Below are positions 12,277-26,600 of a DNA stretch of 64,000 bases, piece by piece. The notes beneath the pieces were generated by a model. That model was not told the DNA's origin, did not search any database, and saw only the letters and a program-made list of their open reading frames with translations. A program made the position numbers and the translations under genes. The stretch spans positions 744,727 to 808,726 of the forward strand of contig NW_014577076.1 in assembly GCF_000485595.1 (NCBI RefSeq), written 5' to 3'. Origin of the DNA: Priapulus caudatus (Eukaryota). Every line of letters begins with the position of its first letter. Position 1 is the stretch's first letter.

Positions 12277-12797
12277 TATTATTACCTCCGCCAGGGGCAT
12301 GGCGGGGGTTATGTTTTCACCGGCGAGTTTTTGAGTGTTGGTTTGTGTGTTACCATGCACATTTCAGTTCACTTCCGCTAGATGCGCTGGCTGTAGACTT
12401 ACAAACACGCAACCACAGGCTAAGGGGGCAAACGCACAGGTCCTCCCACAACTCTGCTAATACGCTCACCGCACTAGATCGGACTCCAATTAACTTATCT
12501 TCAATTAATTAATTATTTTTCCACTTCACTCGTGTCTACATTTTGGCGGCTAATCATACACCGGATCCCAATGTTAATGTAAAATATACAAACTTTCCAG
12601 GACTAGGTCCAGAATGGGTAACTCTAATAATTGAATTGTACTATTTACTGTGATTGAGTCAGACTAAGTAGCCGAGGATGCAAGGTTAATTATTAATTAC
12701 ATTTTTTCACTAATTAATTAATTTATTAATAAAAAACATTCACATTGAGAGAATCAGCTCACTTATGGCGGGAGGTTCTGTGCTCTCCGAGCTAGTG
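12277..12797 (+). mobile_element. Second Helentron/HINE-type element (ATTACCTCCGCC family)
   Basis: Starts TTATTACCTCCGCC..GGCGGGGGTTATGTTTTCACC; ends GGCGGGAGGT..TGCTCTCCGAGCTAGT (subTIR plus small hairpin). Confidence 0.6.
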
Positions 12798-13399
12798 TAT
12801 TCATAATCATGTCCATCCCTATCATATCGACGGCGTTCTAAATCAGCTTACGACTCAAGCACAAGAAATGATGTTAAAATGTAACAGTACCTAGGCGCGT
12901 GGGCCAATGGTGGTGTCGCACGTGCAGTAAATATGTCACAACAAATCCCCGGTCGTTCGATAACGCACTTGACAGCTTGATATGGTTTACTATCTCGCGT
13001 GTAATTAAAATAGTTAACGCAAACCTGCGTCTAAATTCTATCCTTGCGAGACACTAACCGTAATACCTATTCAAATTTTCTCATAAACCCGTCTAATTAT
13101 ACGAACAGTCCCACACACAAGTAGCTAGAGTCTTGAATTTAACTTTTTCAAAGCGCTATGACTTTAACGGCGGCCCAACCTTTGAGAAAACGAGACCGAG
13201 GCGGTTCGCAGCGCTATGATTACATCCAGTCTTATCCGAACATGCGAAAATGTCGTTTTCTCACCTCTAATGTCGTCGGAAGGTCGTCACACGAGATGTC
13301 GCTGTAAATCGAAAATCGGAAGTTATTTCCCTTTCCTGAGTACGAGCGATGCAAAGAGCAATTAATTAATCGGTGTAGTTGAAGGCAGTGCAATATAGG

Positions 13400-14090
13400 G
13401 AGGGCAGTAGCAGAAGCACAGCCAGCACAGTCAGCAGCAAAGCAGTAGGAGAAGCAGTAGCAGCAGCAGTTAAACTCCGTTTAGCAGCATGTAGCAACAG
13501 TGTATAGAGCCAGTGCATGCAGTAGCAGCAAGCAGCAGCAAGCAGCAGCAGTAGCAGTAGCAGTAGGAGTAGGGCAGCAGCAGGCAGCAGAGCAGGCAGA
13601 AGTCAGCACGAAGCATGGCAGCAGGCAGTAGCAGGCAGGCAGGAGAGGGAGCAGGCGCAAAACAGGCATGGGCCAGCAGCAAGCAGTAGCAGCAGTAGCA
13701 CAGCAGCAGCAGGCAGTGAGTAGTAGCAGTAACAGTAGCAGGTAGCAGTAGCAGTAGGCAGCAGCAGGCAGCAGGCAGCGCAACAGCAAGCAGCAGCGGC
13801 GGCGCAACAGAGCAAGGTAGCAGCACGCAGCAAGCAGCAGCAGCAGCAGCCAGCAGCCAGCAGCGGAGACAGCGAGCACACAACAAACAGTACGCGGCAG
13901 CAGCAGCACATCAGGAGTAGGGCAGGCAGGCGCAGCAAACAACAACAGTACCGCATGCAGGAGCGCGCACGCAGGCAGCAGCGGCGGCACGCAGCAGCAG
14001 CTGGCGGATCGAGCCCGTACCAGCAGCAGCAGGACAGCATGAGCAGGCAGCATGCAGCAGGAGCAGCAGCACAAGGCAGCGGAGCAGGCT
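13400..14090. repeat. Degenerate (GCA/GTA)n tract
   Basis: GCAGCAGTA-like low complexity with many indels. Confidence 0.8.
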
Positions 14091-14505
14091 TATCTGCGTT
14101 ATGCCATCGATTTCTATAGTTAATCAGATTGCGTTGTTGTCCGCCGTTGATCACTTTAATGAAATTAGTTGGGCCTGATGACTGGCTGGACCTCTTCCAG
14201 CGGCAGGCGAACAATAACGAGAGCAATTACTTCTGGCAGGGAGGAATTGTCACAGAAAGGCCCGTCTTATGATGCGCGGGTTTGTAAGACAATTTGATAG
14301 TTCAGCATTTAGGGTCACGCTGCTGCAAGAACCCCATATTACTGTAATATATATATATCATATATTATAGTATTATATATCAGACGGTATTAAGAGGAAC
14401 GTACAACGGTGAAATGCTGAAACCATGTTGCTATAATTAGACGAGTCATAGTACAATATAATATTTATAATATAATATATATATATAGTATACCCGTATC
14501 TGTAG

Positions 14506-14545
<40 letters not shown>

Positions 14546-15511
14546 TATATATAGGTTTAATGCATTAGCTTCTATCCTAAATCGCTTAGGCTTACTAACT
14601 TCTAAAGCTACCTTATTTATGCTCGTCAGAGCTGAAAATAAATTCGAGTTGGATGCATTGTAGTCGACTCGAGCATGACATGTACATAACGCACCCGTAG
14701 GCACATGCACACGGCGTAGGCAATCGCGCGCACATACCGCACGCACACACGAACACACGAGCACACTCATACGCACGTATCGGGTATAAATTAAGCCCCC
14801 CAAGCACACGCTTCGCTGGTGTGCCCCTGCCCGCAGGCGCACGAACACCTACAAGCGCGCACTCACGCGCGCATGGTGCAGGAACACCCACACGCGCGCA
14901 CGCACGCACGCATGCTGCACGTACCCATGAACGCGCGTACTCACGCACCTTTACGTGTCCCACACGCACCCATGTGATGCCTGCACGCACGCCGCATGCA
15001 CGCGTCCCCCTATAAGAGCGCGTACTGCACTATCGCTCATTTACATTCCCTGCCTGTCCTGTATTATTTTCCGTCTTTCCGCTCTGCTTGCCCTGTATCC
15101 AGGATGTTCAAGGGATGTCGTGATAAGTGACGGCCGCTGTTTGACCAGCCGTTTTTCTCTGTTAGGTACCTAGATGCGCTCAGCTTGTTGCCGTGGTCCG
15201 TGTGCACGTGGGCAAGACAACGAGTCCATAGGTTGCGCTTCCGTGCCCGCTCCGCGCGGAGTGTATATAGTTGTAACTACATCTTGCTGAAGCCTAGCTT
15301 GTCATGATCAAGCTCTCGGTGCGCTAGCAGCGGTTTAGCTGTAAGCCTGACAGCTCTATACCCGCAGCAAATAAGATGCTGCGTCATGCCCACGCACGAG
15401 AGAACGAGAGCAGAGCGAGGCGAGAGAAGAGAGAGAAGACAGAAGCTAGATGAGAATAGGAGAGAGAGAAGCAGACGACCAGGCAGAGATAACAAGTAGA
15501 GATGAGAGAGA

Positions 15512-15592
<81 letters not shown>

Positions 15593-17444
15593 CGACGACG
15601 ACGACGACAATGACGACGGGACGGGCGCTTGCGAGGGTGGGCTTTCAGGCTATCTTACAACGTGCGACGCGGCCAGGCACGCACATGTCGTAGAACTACA
15701 TATGTTTGAAGAACAGTTATAGAGATATCATAGAGATCAGTTATAAAGATGTAGTGTGTTGTATCAATAACACGCGTGTATATGCGCAAGGCATCTGCTA
15801 TACGAGTGTCTGCGGGGTAGGTCGGGCAGGGTGTGTAGATCGAGCGTGTGCGTTAACGTGTGGGGCATGCTTCATGGGGAAGTAGGCTAACGTTGTAGAG
15901 ACCGGTGGATCGTCGGGATAGGGCGGAATATCGCAACATTAGGCCGGGACGCTTTGCAATTTGTTTAATAATGCGTTTAAAAATGCGCGTTCAAATTTTT
16001 CACTGTAAATTAATTTGAAATTTTTGCCGTCACGGTGCCTTGCGAGCGCTCGTTAAAATTGTCTTTAAAGCGTAGTTAATCGTAGCCTTTGGACAAAATT
16101 GAGAGCAACGTCACCATGACCGCGATGTAGCAGTTACGCTTGATGTTTCTATTGTAACCCACAGGTTATACTTCGCATAATTTTTCCGATATAATCCTTT
16201 TCAAAATAAACCTTTAAAATATACCCGAATTTAATGATTAGCGAGTATAATATGATGCTTATATATACTGCCTGAAGGAATTCTGGCGCACGTGAGTAAT
16301 ATATATAGCGTGCATGTATTATGAGAGCGATGAATCATTGTAGCAATAACATCATCATGTTTTCATTGTAGGCACCGGGTCTAGCGCAATACCGAGCTAT
16401 ATCTATATTGCATGTATATTACTTTTCGAGTCCCATGTTGGCATTTTATTAAACATCAAATAAGCGCGTGTGCGGAAAATATCACCAAACGCGTAAATTT
16501 AAAACCGCGCCGCTCTCGTCACGATAAAAATATACATGAAAACATCAGCGTCGCATGACATTGTTACTGTCCGGCAGCGGATAGCGTGTCGGTGCGCGTC
16601 TATGCATGCAGCATACGCAGCATATGCATGCCCCTGATGGCTCGATTGAACGTAATAGGAAGAACTGCACTATTACAATTCTTTAAAGGTTAGGCCAGTT
16701 GAGAGGATCTGGCTATTATTGCGCTGAAAATTGATCCGGTGTCTATTAAGCCTTTCGTGGACAGATCTAGATGCACGTTGTTTTTGATTTAATGGAGTTT
16801 AATTAGTAGGCGTTAAAATGCGCGTGCGCTGATAAGATTCACGTCAGCAATTGTGCCTGTCCGGAATTTTATTGTGATCTACTCACATTTCGATGCTTTT
16901 CATTGAAAAGACATTGAATGTGTTAATAAAACGTGTTACAAAGTAATTGTGCGGTTTTGCCGTGTTGATATTATTCCATCTGTCATGTATTGATTCCGTC
17001 TCAGTTTTTGCTTTTTGTATTTATTCGTTATTGAAACAGCAAAATGATCGTGATGTTAACATTTTAAACAGCGAACACTTAGTAAATGACTGCATGGTGT
17101 TAATAAAAGTGCGCACACTATATATACCAGCTTGAAACCTTCACACTTACTCCGCATGCAGACCCGCTCAAAGATGTGATAATTTGCAAAGAAAATTCAC
17201 GTAAAAACTGACGGCTACCAGCGTTTCAATTCGGAATTCGCCGGCGGAGTAATTTCAGGATGCTGACGATCGCCAGTGCTAGAATGGATTGTCGGCTAGA
17301 AATGTTTTCACGGGGCTGCTGCATAGGTGTGTGTTCTGTAAACGTTATTGTAGTAAATTAGATCGCTGGCGAATGCACCCTGCGGCGTTATGCACCCACC
17401 GCGTCGACAGCTATACGCACGCATGCACGCACGCACGCACACAC

Positions 17445-19834
17445 CCGCCATGTAGCTAGCTATACACCCACTATGTAGCCAGCTATACACCCACCACGTA
17501 GCTAGTTATACACCCGCCATGTAGCTAGCTATACACCCACGATGTAGCTATCTATACACTCACCATGTAGCCAGCTACACACCCGCCATGTAGCTATCTA
17601 TATACACCCGCCGTGTATCTATCTATACACCCGCCGTGTAGCTAGTTATACACCCACCAATAAGCTAGATATACACCCGCCACGTAGCTAGCTATACACC
17701 CACGATGTAGCTATCTATACACCCGCTATGTAGCCAGCTATACACCCACCATGTAGCTATCTATACACCCACCATGTAGCTATCTATACACCCACCATGT
17801 AGCCAGCTATACACCCACCATGTAGCTATCTATACACCCACCATGTAGCTAGCCTAATAACACCCGCCTATGTAGCCAGCTATACAACCCATGTATGTAG
17901 CTATCGTATACACCCACCATGATTCAGCTATCTATACACCCACCATGTAGCTATCTATACACCAACCATGTAGCTATCTATGCACCCACCACATAGCTAG
18001 CTATACACCCGCCACGTAGCTAGCTATACACCCGCTATGTAGCAGCTATACACCCACCATGTAGCTATCTATACACCCACCATGTAGCTCTCTATACACC
18101 CGCCGTGTAGCTAGCTATACACCCGCTATGTAGCTAGCTATACACCTCCATGTAGCCTAGAATATACACCGCCACTGTAGCTAGCTATACACCCGCTATG
18201 TAGCCAAGTATACACCCACATGTAGCTATCTATTACACCCCACCATGTAGCTAATCTATACACCCACATGTAAGCTAGGCTATTCACCCGCTATGTAGCG
18301 GGGGGGATAGCTTATACACCGCTATGTAGCTATCTATTACACCCACCATGAGCTATCTAACACCCACCATGTAGCTATCTATACACCCACCACATAGCTA
18401 GCTATACACCCGCTATGTAGCCAGCTATACACCCACCATGTAGCTATTCTTATACACCCACATGTAGCTCTCTATACATCCGCGTGTAGCTAGATATACA
18501 CCGCTATGTAGCCAGCTATCACAACCCACGATGTAGCTATCTATACACCCTTCATGTAGCCTATAATTACACCCACATGTTAGCCAGCTATTACACCCAC
18601 CATGCTAGCATATCTATACCCACCATGTAGCTAGCTAGACACCGCTATGCTAGCCAGCTATACACCACCATGTAGCAATCTATAACACCCAGCATTGGTA
18701 GCTATACTATACCAACCCACCAATGTAAGCTATCTATACACACCATGTAGCTATCTATGCACCACCACATAGCTGCATATCACCCGCCACGTAGCTAGCT
18801 ATACACCCGCATGTAGCCAGCTATACACCCACCATGTAGCTAATCTATACACCCACATGTAGCTCTCTATACACCCGCCGTGTAGCTAGCTATACACCCG
18901 CTATGTAGCTATCTATACACCCGCCATGTAGCTAGATATACACCCGCCATGTAGCTAGCTATACACCCCGCTATGTAGCCAGCTATACACCCACCATGTA
19001 GCTATCTATACACCCACCATGTAGCTAGCTATACACCCACCATGTAGCTATCTATACACCCGCCATGTAGCTAGCTATACACCCGCCTATGTGTAGCCTA
19101 TCACACCCGCCTAGTGTTTAGCTATCTATACACCCACCATGTACGCTATCTTACACCACCATGTAGCTATTCTATACACGCCACCACATCAGCTTAGCTA
19201 TACACCCGCTATGTTAGCCAGCTATACACCCAACCATGTACTATCTAATACACCCACCATGTAGCTTCTGCTATACACCCGCCGTGTTAGCTAGCTATAC
19301 ACCGCTATGTAGCCTAGCGCTAACACCCGCCATGTAGCTAGCTATACACCCGCTATGTATCCTAGCTATACACCCGCACGTAGCTAGCTATACACCCACG
19401 ATGTAGCTAATCTATACACGCCACTTCATTAGCTATCTATACACCCACCATGATAGCCAGCTATACATCCACCATGTAGCCTATCTATTACACCCACATG
19501 TAGCTCATCATATACACCCGCTATGTATCCAGCTATAACACCACCATGTAGCTATCTATACACCCACCATGTAGCTTGCTAACCACCCACCATGTAGCTC
19601 TGAGATATATCACCCGCCACGTAGCTAGCCTATACACCCGCGTGCTAGCTAGCTATACACCCGCCACGTAGCTAGCTATACACCCGCTTATGATAGCCAC
19701 CTATACCCCACCATGCTAGCTATCTAATACACCCGACCATGTAGCTGCCCATAACACCCACAGTAGCCTATCATATACACCCGCCATGTTAGATATACAC
19801 CGCCATGTAGCTATCTATACACCCGCACTTTGTT
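17445..19834. repeat. 23-bp minisatellite (TAGCTATCTATACACCCACCATG), about 100 units, ending at a gap
   Basis: Clean units proximally, indel-rich distally. Confidence 0.95.
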
Positions 19835-19859
19835 NNNNNNNNNNNNNNNNNNNNNNNNN

Positions 19860-20245
19860 TAAAGCTAGCTATCCTCAGATGAAGTTATCCTGGGATAAAG
19901 CTAGCCATCTTGAGATGAACTCATCCTGGCATAAAGCTAGCTATCCTGAGATGAATTCTCATCCTGGGATAAAGCTAGCTATCCTCAGATGAAGTTATCC
20001 TGGGATAAAGCTAGCTATCCTCAGATGAAGTTATCCTGGGATAAAGCTAGCCATCCTCAGATGAACTCATCCTGGGATAAAGCTAGCTATCCTCAGATGA
20101 AGTTATCCTGGGATAAAGCTAGCCATCCTCAGATGAACTCATCCTGGGATAAAGCTAGCTATCCTCAGATGAAGTTATCCTGGGATAAAGCTAGCCATCC
20201 TCAGATGAACTCATCCTGGGATAAAGCTAGCTATCCTAAGATGAA
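19860..20245. repeat. 36-bp minisatellite with two alternating variants (72-bp higher-order unit)
   Basis: AAAGCTAGCTATCCTCAGATGAAGTTATCCTGGGAT alternates with AAAGCTAGCCATCCTCAGATGAACTCATCCTGGGAT. Confidence 0.93.
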
Positions 20246-23194
20246 GCCAGCCAGCGTAAAATCAATGAGGCGGAGCAGCTTGCCGGCGGTGTTGGCTCGT
20301 GGCTGTCAGCCTTCTGGCTCCTGCGCAGAAGCGCGTCTGCTGAGCGCACACTCACAACACACAGGCGCATGCCGGCGCGCGCGCGGCTTTACTCCCACAA
20401 ATGTATTGAGAGCATACAGATTAGGGATCGCGAGGTGGCGGAGTGCAACGTGATGCGACGTGCGAGGCTTTCTGATCTGGATTTGTTGCTGCAAAACTGA
20501 GTGGATGAGGGTAAATACGTAAAGATTGCGTGCACGAGGGGTGATTGAGTGTGTTCGTTAGTGCGTTAAAGCGTGCTTATGCGTCTGTTATTCGCGCGAC
20601 TCGTAGGCCTAGGTCGTTGTGTTTATGCACGAGCGTGTTCGTGTACGTGTGGGTTGGAAAGCCAGTGAGAGAGAAAGAAATAGAAAAGGTGAAGTCGCAC
20701 GTGAACGCGTCAAAGAAAGTGAGAGCAGGAGAGAGAAGGCGAGATACTCTCCTGACCACATAGAGTTAGCCACGCAATACTATTCCTGACTAAGTGCTAT
20801 GAGTGGATTATATCTCTCCGTCGCGGGAAATCTGGATTTTCATGAAAAGTTTATTATATTTGTCTTATAATTTCAACATAAAGTTGCTTCTAGAATCGTC
20901 TTTGACGTTCGTTTACTTTACATTACTTACTTTACGTACATTACTTACATTACTTACTACTACTTACATTACTTACTTTACGTTCGTTTACTTTACTACG
21001 ACGATTACTTTGCTTTTGACGTTCGTTTTTGCTTGCTTGCGTGCAACACCTTCGCTAAACCAGTTTTACCCTGCAGGATACATTTTGCGATAACTCTCTC
21101 ACGTGAAAACCTGTGACGTTGTCACCGTAAGACGTGAAGTAACGATAGGAAGGTGTTACCATCGAGTGGCAACCTGTGCAAGGCCACGCCAGCGGAGCGC
21201 GAGGAGGAGGAGGCTGCGGTTGGAGGCGGCGTCTATAGTCATGCTAGAGCGTGCTAAATGCTGGAGCGGCGCGCACTGCTGCTCGCTTACGCAGGGTAAA
21301 TCTGCGTGAAAAGCATACGTCTACGTCGGCTAGGTGACTGTGGGAAACGTGAAGCCGTGCCGTGCGCGCATATGCAGATGCTCCATCACGTGAAACCCGA
21401 CTGTCTGCCTACATTGAAGCTGTGGTCGTCATTTGAGGCGAGATGCTCAGCAACGTTTAAGCTGTTATCAGCATATCGATAACTGACTGGAACGGAGGCA
21501 CTTCGACGTCGTGTGATGTGTTCGCATGAACCTATACAGTTCGGCTGAAATCATCAGGCTAGACCAGGTCCTCGTCACGGGGTTTCAAAGCCACGGGGTA
21601 GTGGTGGTATGTGACTGCGCGAAGGTGCGTGACAGTCATTGTATAAGTATATATATCGCATCGTGAACATTTTATACACGCTGACGAGCGTGCGAGGCTG
21701 GATCTCCGCACAGTTTCACGTGCACGACGTTTCTGCGTGGCGGGCGCCGTGGTAACGAGCAGTCCACTATGGACGGACGACGCTAGATTTGCGCATTTCG
21801 AGTCGAGAATTACCGCTAACACTTGAGAACAAGTCGCCATGACAACCCAATGCTGCTTGCAGATACAGGTAATCGCGTGCTTTAGCTGTGTGACGGTGTT
21901 GTTATCTGTACCTCTCATTTCTGGCGAGCAGCATGTGTCTTCACGTTGACAGAGTCAGTAAAGCTGCATATCTATCGCTCACTGTGCGTGTTGTCTCTTT
22001 TTTTGTAACGTCGTAAACCCCTTTCGTTTTAACCATTTTGTTTAAGGCGCGCGTGCGGTTCATTATATTGCATCCGATTGCGTCATATGGAGCGAATTCT
22101 TTTGAAGCCAGCAAACTGAAAATGAGATCCCCCCGCCACACACACCAACCCAACAGAGCCGAGTGTTCGAATTTTCATTACCAAATTACAGCCTGCACTC
22201 CCTGTGCTACGGCGCATGGTAAATTTGATGTTTTTTCGGCGAAATTTGTTCGTTCCCAATTGCAACCGAATGACTTGCGGTTGGCATTTGCCTACTAGAC
22301 GATGGGAGCCATTTTGGCGTATCGTTTTTTTGCTATATTGAGGTTTGTTTCTCCATTCAAATCGATGGCGCTGTTCATAGCGTGCGCGTTCATGGCAAAC
22401 CATACACGTACGTGCATATATGTTTCTTTCTAAATGCGAGTTGGTTATCGAGCTGGAATACTGTATTCAAAAGGTCGAGGGAATGTGGCTATAATAAATG
22501 TTCACAAGGAGCTACATGAATTCAAGAATGGAATTGGGAGTGCATGATATCGTTTGGGAGGTTAATGTTGGTTATCGTTGCGCAGTTCGATATCTATGAG
22601 CTTGGGCAGCCGTGTTAGCCGCTACAGCTACTATACCTTCGGCCGCAGGCATAAACCTCAAGAACCCATCAAGGAGATCAAGCTGATTTCCCAGATTTCC
22701 TATATAACCGGGGGTGTTTCACGTTGCACGCGCTGCCGTTAACGTGTAAATACTTCGCTTAGATATATCCTCCATGTGAGCTCTTGCAGGCGTAGTGTTC
22801 CGGGAAAAACACTTAGCCGTTGTCAATTGCATAAGTAATGTAGCATGAGTAATGTTAGATAAGTAATGTCAATGGCATGTTATGTTTAAATATCGGTTAA
22901 TACGCTCGTTCGGTTGCATCTGGATTGTGTGAATTTGAACGGTAATGCCATGACTATTGTCTCAAGACTGTTTTTTTCAGAGATCTTATGAAAGCAGCAA
23001 TACATGCGAGTTTAATGTATTTCTACAACATAGATGAGCTCAACAGTGTATATATAGACATAGCTAAAGGTATATTTGCGATGTGATCTCGAGTGTACGT
23101 AAGTTTATATACATTGTTCGTTCGCGTGGCTTACCCAAATGTCAATACACTGGTATAACTGTCTCCTACCTGCGTGGTGACAGGATGCTTTTAA

Positions 23195-23676
23195 AGCCGC
23201 ACAATGCGCATCCAAACGCTAATTTTTCCAGTACTAGACTAGCAAACACTTCGTGGCATGCATAATCACACTACCTTATGACAAAATAAACTCTAGTTGC
23301 TCCCATTTCACTGCGCGTTTGCTTAAAACCCACAAGAAAGAGGTGAGAAAACTGGCATTCTGGCGCTAACGCCGGCTTATTTGCTAAACAATATAGCCTC
23401 GAAGTGGTTAGGGTGACGTCACATGTTTTTATCTTTGCTACACCCGTACCGCTGTACCGCAGCACCGCTGCACGGTTGCTTGGGAAAACTGTCAACAACA
23501 TCGGAGAATTTGAACAACATTGGAGGTATTTTCAAATACCTTTTATAAGACAACGCGCAGTGAAATGGGAGAAACTAGAGTTTATTTTGCCATAAGGTAG
23601 TGTGATTATGCATGACACGAAGTATTTGCTAGTCTAGTACTGGAGAAATAAGCGTTTGGATGCGCATTGTGCGGCT
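23195..23676. mobile_element. 482-bp MITE with 125-bp TIRs and TTAA TSD (Kolobok-like)
   Basis: ttaa|AGCCGCACAATGCGCATCCAAACGCT...AGCGTTTGGATGCGCATTGTGCGGCT|ttaa; arms 23195-23319 and 23552-23676 differ at only a few positions. Confidence 0.9.
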
Positions 23677-26600
23677 TTAAGGGTTGCCGTGGCGACAGTA
23701 GTATGATCTGCTGTTTTGATATTCTCTACTGGCGTAATCCTCCCTTTTCGTCATCACTCCACTGCCGTACCTAGCTGCTCAAGGAGCTGCGTGGCGTGGT
23801 TGGAAGTGGCCAAAACTTGTTGATTTACGGTTTAACTAAGATTAGTTCTCATGGTGGTTACCCGGCCTATTTGCATTGTTGCGTTCGGGAGTATTGATGC
23901 CACATGGGAGTATTCATTTATATGATAATCTCAAGCGTTGAATGCAAACGAAAAGACGTTCATAATTCGTGTGCATTATCCCGAGGAAGGATGAAAGATG
24001 CTAATAATACGCGGTCGATGGAAATGAAAGAAGTGGAAAATCGTCGTCGCTGGGTCCGAGCCGGTGGCTGAATGATGTCAGGCGATGCACATGCTCCCCT
24101 ATGTGGTTTACATATATGGTAACTATACGCGGCTGTGGTGCGTGAATTCTAGACGTGGCTTATGGATTTAACACGCTGGTTCAACGCATCGCTCAATCCG
24201 CACACAGCTCTCATACATGGCTTCTATATGGTGGCGTTCATGGTCGGCTTTTATACATGGCGTGCACGCTGACACGCAGGCTGCGCTGCGCTGTAGGTAA
24301 AGCGCCTACCTGCCGCAACCAGGTCTCGTTAATTTAAAATAACACGTTACGCTAAAAAAAATTACGTATTCCGCGTGTTGAGAAAACAAAGCGGGTAGCG
24401 GGAACGGCGACTGCCGATAGCAAGGTAAATAGCATTCCATTACGGCTCCGTTATGTTGACTCTACACGTTTGACATCACTACAAAATCGCTATCAGTCGA
24501 TAAAGCGTTGGTAGGCAGTAGCATAAGGCATGCATGCAGGACTGTGAATACAAGTAGCTGCGTCACCTTACAGACCTCGCTCTTAATAGTTCCCCGATCT
24601 CGTCTGTCCATTAAGTAAAGTGCTTTTGCCGTGCTTCCTGCCATAAAGAGAGAACCGGAGCTATTAAATGTAGAACAAGTGGCGAGCTTTATGAGATAAA
24701 TATGTAATATTTATATTGGATATTTGGCACAGAAGCAACGTGAAAGTGGGTAATCATAGTAGAAAGAACGATGGATGTGCAGGGGGTATAGATAGGAAGA
24801 AGAGAGAGCGAGAAAGAAAGGGGGAGAAAGAAAAAGAGAAAGAACGAGATCGAGAGCTATAGATAGCAAGAGAAAGAGATAGGAAGGGAGACGTAGATGA
24901 CGACGAAAACGGAGACAGGATCAGGCAGGTGGGGACGTGTGGATGTATGCTTGCGGTCAGGCCTAAAACGTTTTTTAGTAATCCCACATTATTAATACGA
25001 ATGAACCTTTTTTATATTAATATTTTCTATGTGTTTTGTGATGCTTCGTATGTTGTTACATTCTCTCGTATGATTTTCGATTTCACTGTGACAGTTTTCG
25101 AATCTGTTGCAGCAGTTGCAGCGCCTTAAACTCAAACGAGAAAATACTGTCACACGTGAATGTCTACGTTTCCGAACTGGATATTATTGACTCTATTTTC
25201 GTTAAAGTTCATGCGTTTGCGAACAAAAGTGGCTCTACCGTAGTAGATATGTCAGTCTTCGATATCATTTGTTGGCTGGCTGTCAGACTGAGTATGTGCG
25301 TGCGTTCGAGCGTGAGTACATGTGTACATGTGTGCCTGCGCTCGCGCGCGTGTGTGTGTGGGCGAGCGTTTGTGTGCGCGCGTGCGTGCGCGCGTGCGCC
25401 TAAGTGGGGTGGTGTGTGTATGTGTGCGTGCATGCGCATGCGAGTGTGCCCATGTACGTGTTCGTTGTAGAACGCGTGTAGCACGTTCTGTCATCATGAG
25501 TGCACAATTCTGCCCGTCGGCTTTTGTCGAGGGTTAGAATGAAACAATCGTGAATTAGAGTTCCATTCACTGAACGTAATCATAGAAATCACATTCTCTT
25601 TGTTATTCGATATGCTGTAGCTAGGCTCGTGAATATGTTGATATCGATTCATGCCATATATATTTTACGTCATGTTTCATTGTTGAAATAGTATGGGCAG
25701 CATTCGCGCGCGTGTGTCGCGCTACGGCGACACAGAGGAATGCCGCAGAGACGCTTGGCCGTCGCCGGTGTGCAGAACCTTTTGATGCCGGCCAGCTACC
25801 CGCCGTCCTAAGTAGCGTAATTGGCGGAGTGACCACCCGCGGCCAATGTCTGTGATCGGCGTAATTGCCAGAATTCTGAGACCGTAATGGCTTCTTTAGT
25901 CGGGGGAGAAGCCGGCGAATTCTCGCTAATTGAACCTATCACGTATCGCGCCTGCTGGCACCGTCGTCACGGCGCACACTCTCCACTGTAAGGAGGGGGA
26001 GCCACCGCTGTGCTGCCGGTCGTCTGCCTGCGTGCGCGCGGGCAGCGCTAGTGCTTCTATACTTACTACTCCTGCCTTTCAGTCAACAGCCGTGCGACGT
26101 GACCGTGGTTGCGTGGGAGCTGCGTATAGATTGCGGGGTCCTTGTCTTCTGTCTTCTGTCTTCTTGTCTTTCTTATTGTCTGTCTTCTTTTTCTTATACC
26201 GGACGCGTTTACGACCTACTTGTAATAAGGACGTTGTTATACACTGTGTGCACCGCGCAGGCCGGGTAGTTTCTGCGTACCGGATGTATTGCGGAGGTCG
26301 TGGTTTTATACCGGATACATTGCGGAGGCAGGGGCGTTGTTTTATAATGGAAGTAGTTCGAGTGTCATTGTTTTACACTGGAAGTATCGCCCGGGTCGTT
26401 GTTTTACCGGAGGTAGTGCGTGACGTCTTGTTGTACAGGAACCGATGCGGGTGTTGTTGTACGCGGTGTAGATTATCACATCACTGCACAGTATACGGCA
26501 AATATCCCTACTATTCCACCACGCTCGTTTGTTATACACATGCGCATATTTTGCACATTCTCTCATTAATTTTTGTATCAAATTCACGGCGAGATAATCA

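Noticed and set aside
12895..12965. tRNA-like A/B boxes (SINE head or tRNA)
   Set aside because: No cloverleaf can be formed and the box matches are poor.
19989..20453. 154-aa ORF with 12-aa repeats
   Set aside because: It derives from the 36-bp satellite; there is no splice or homology support.
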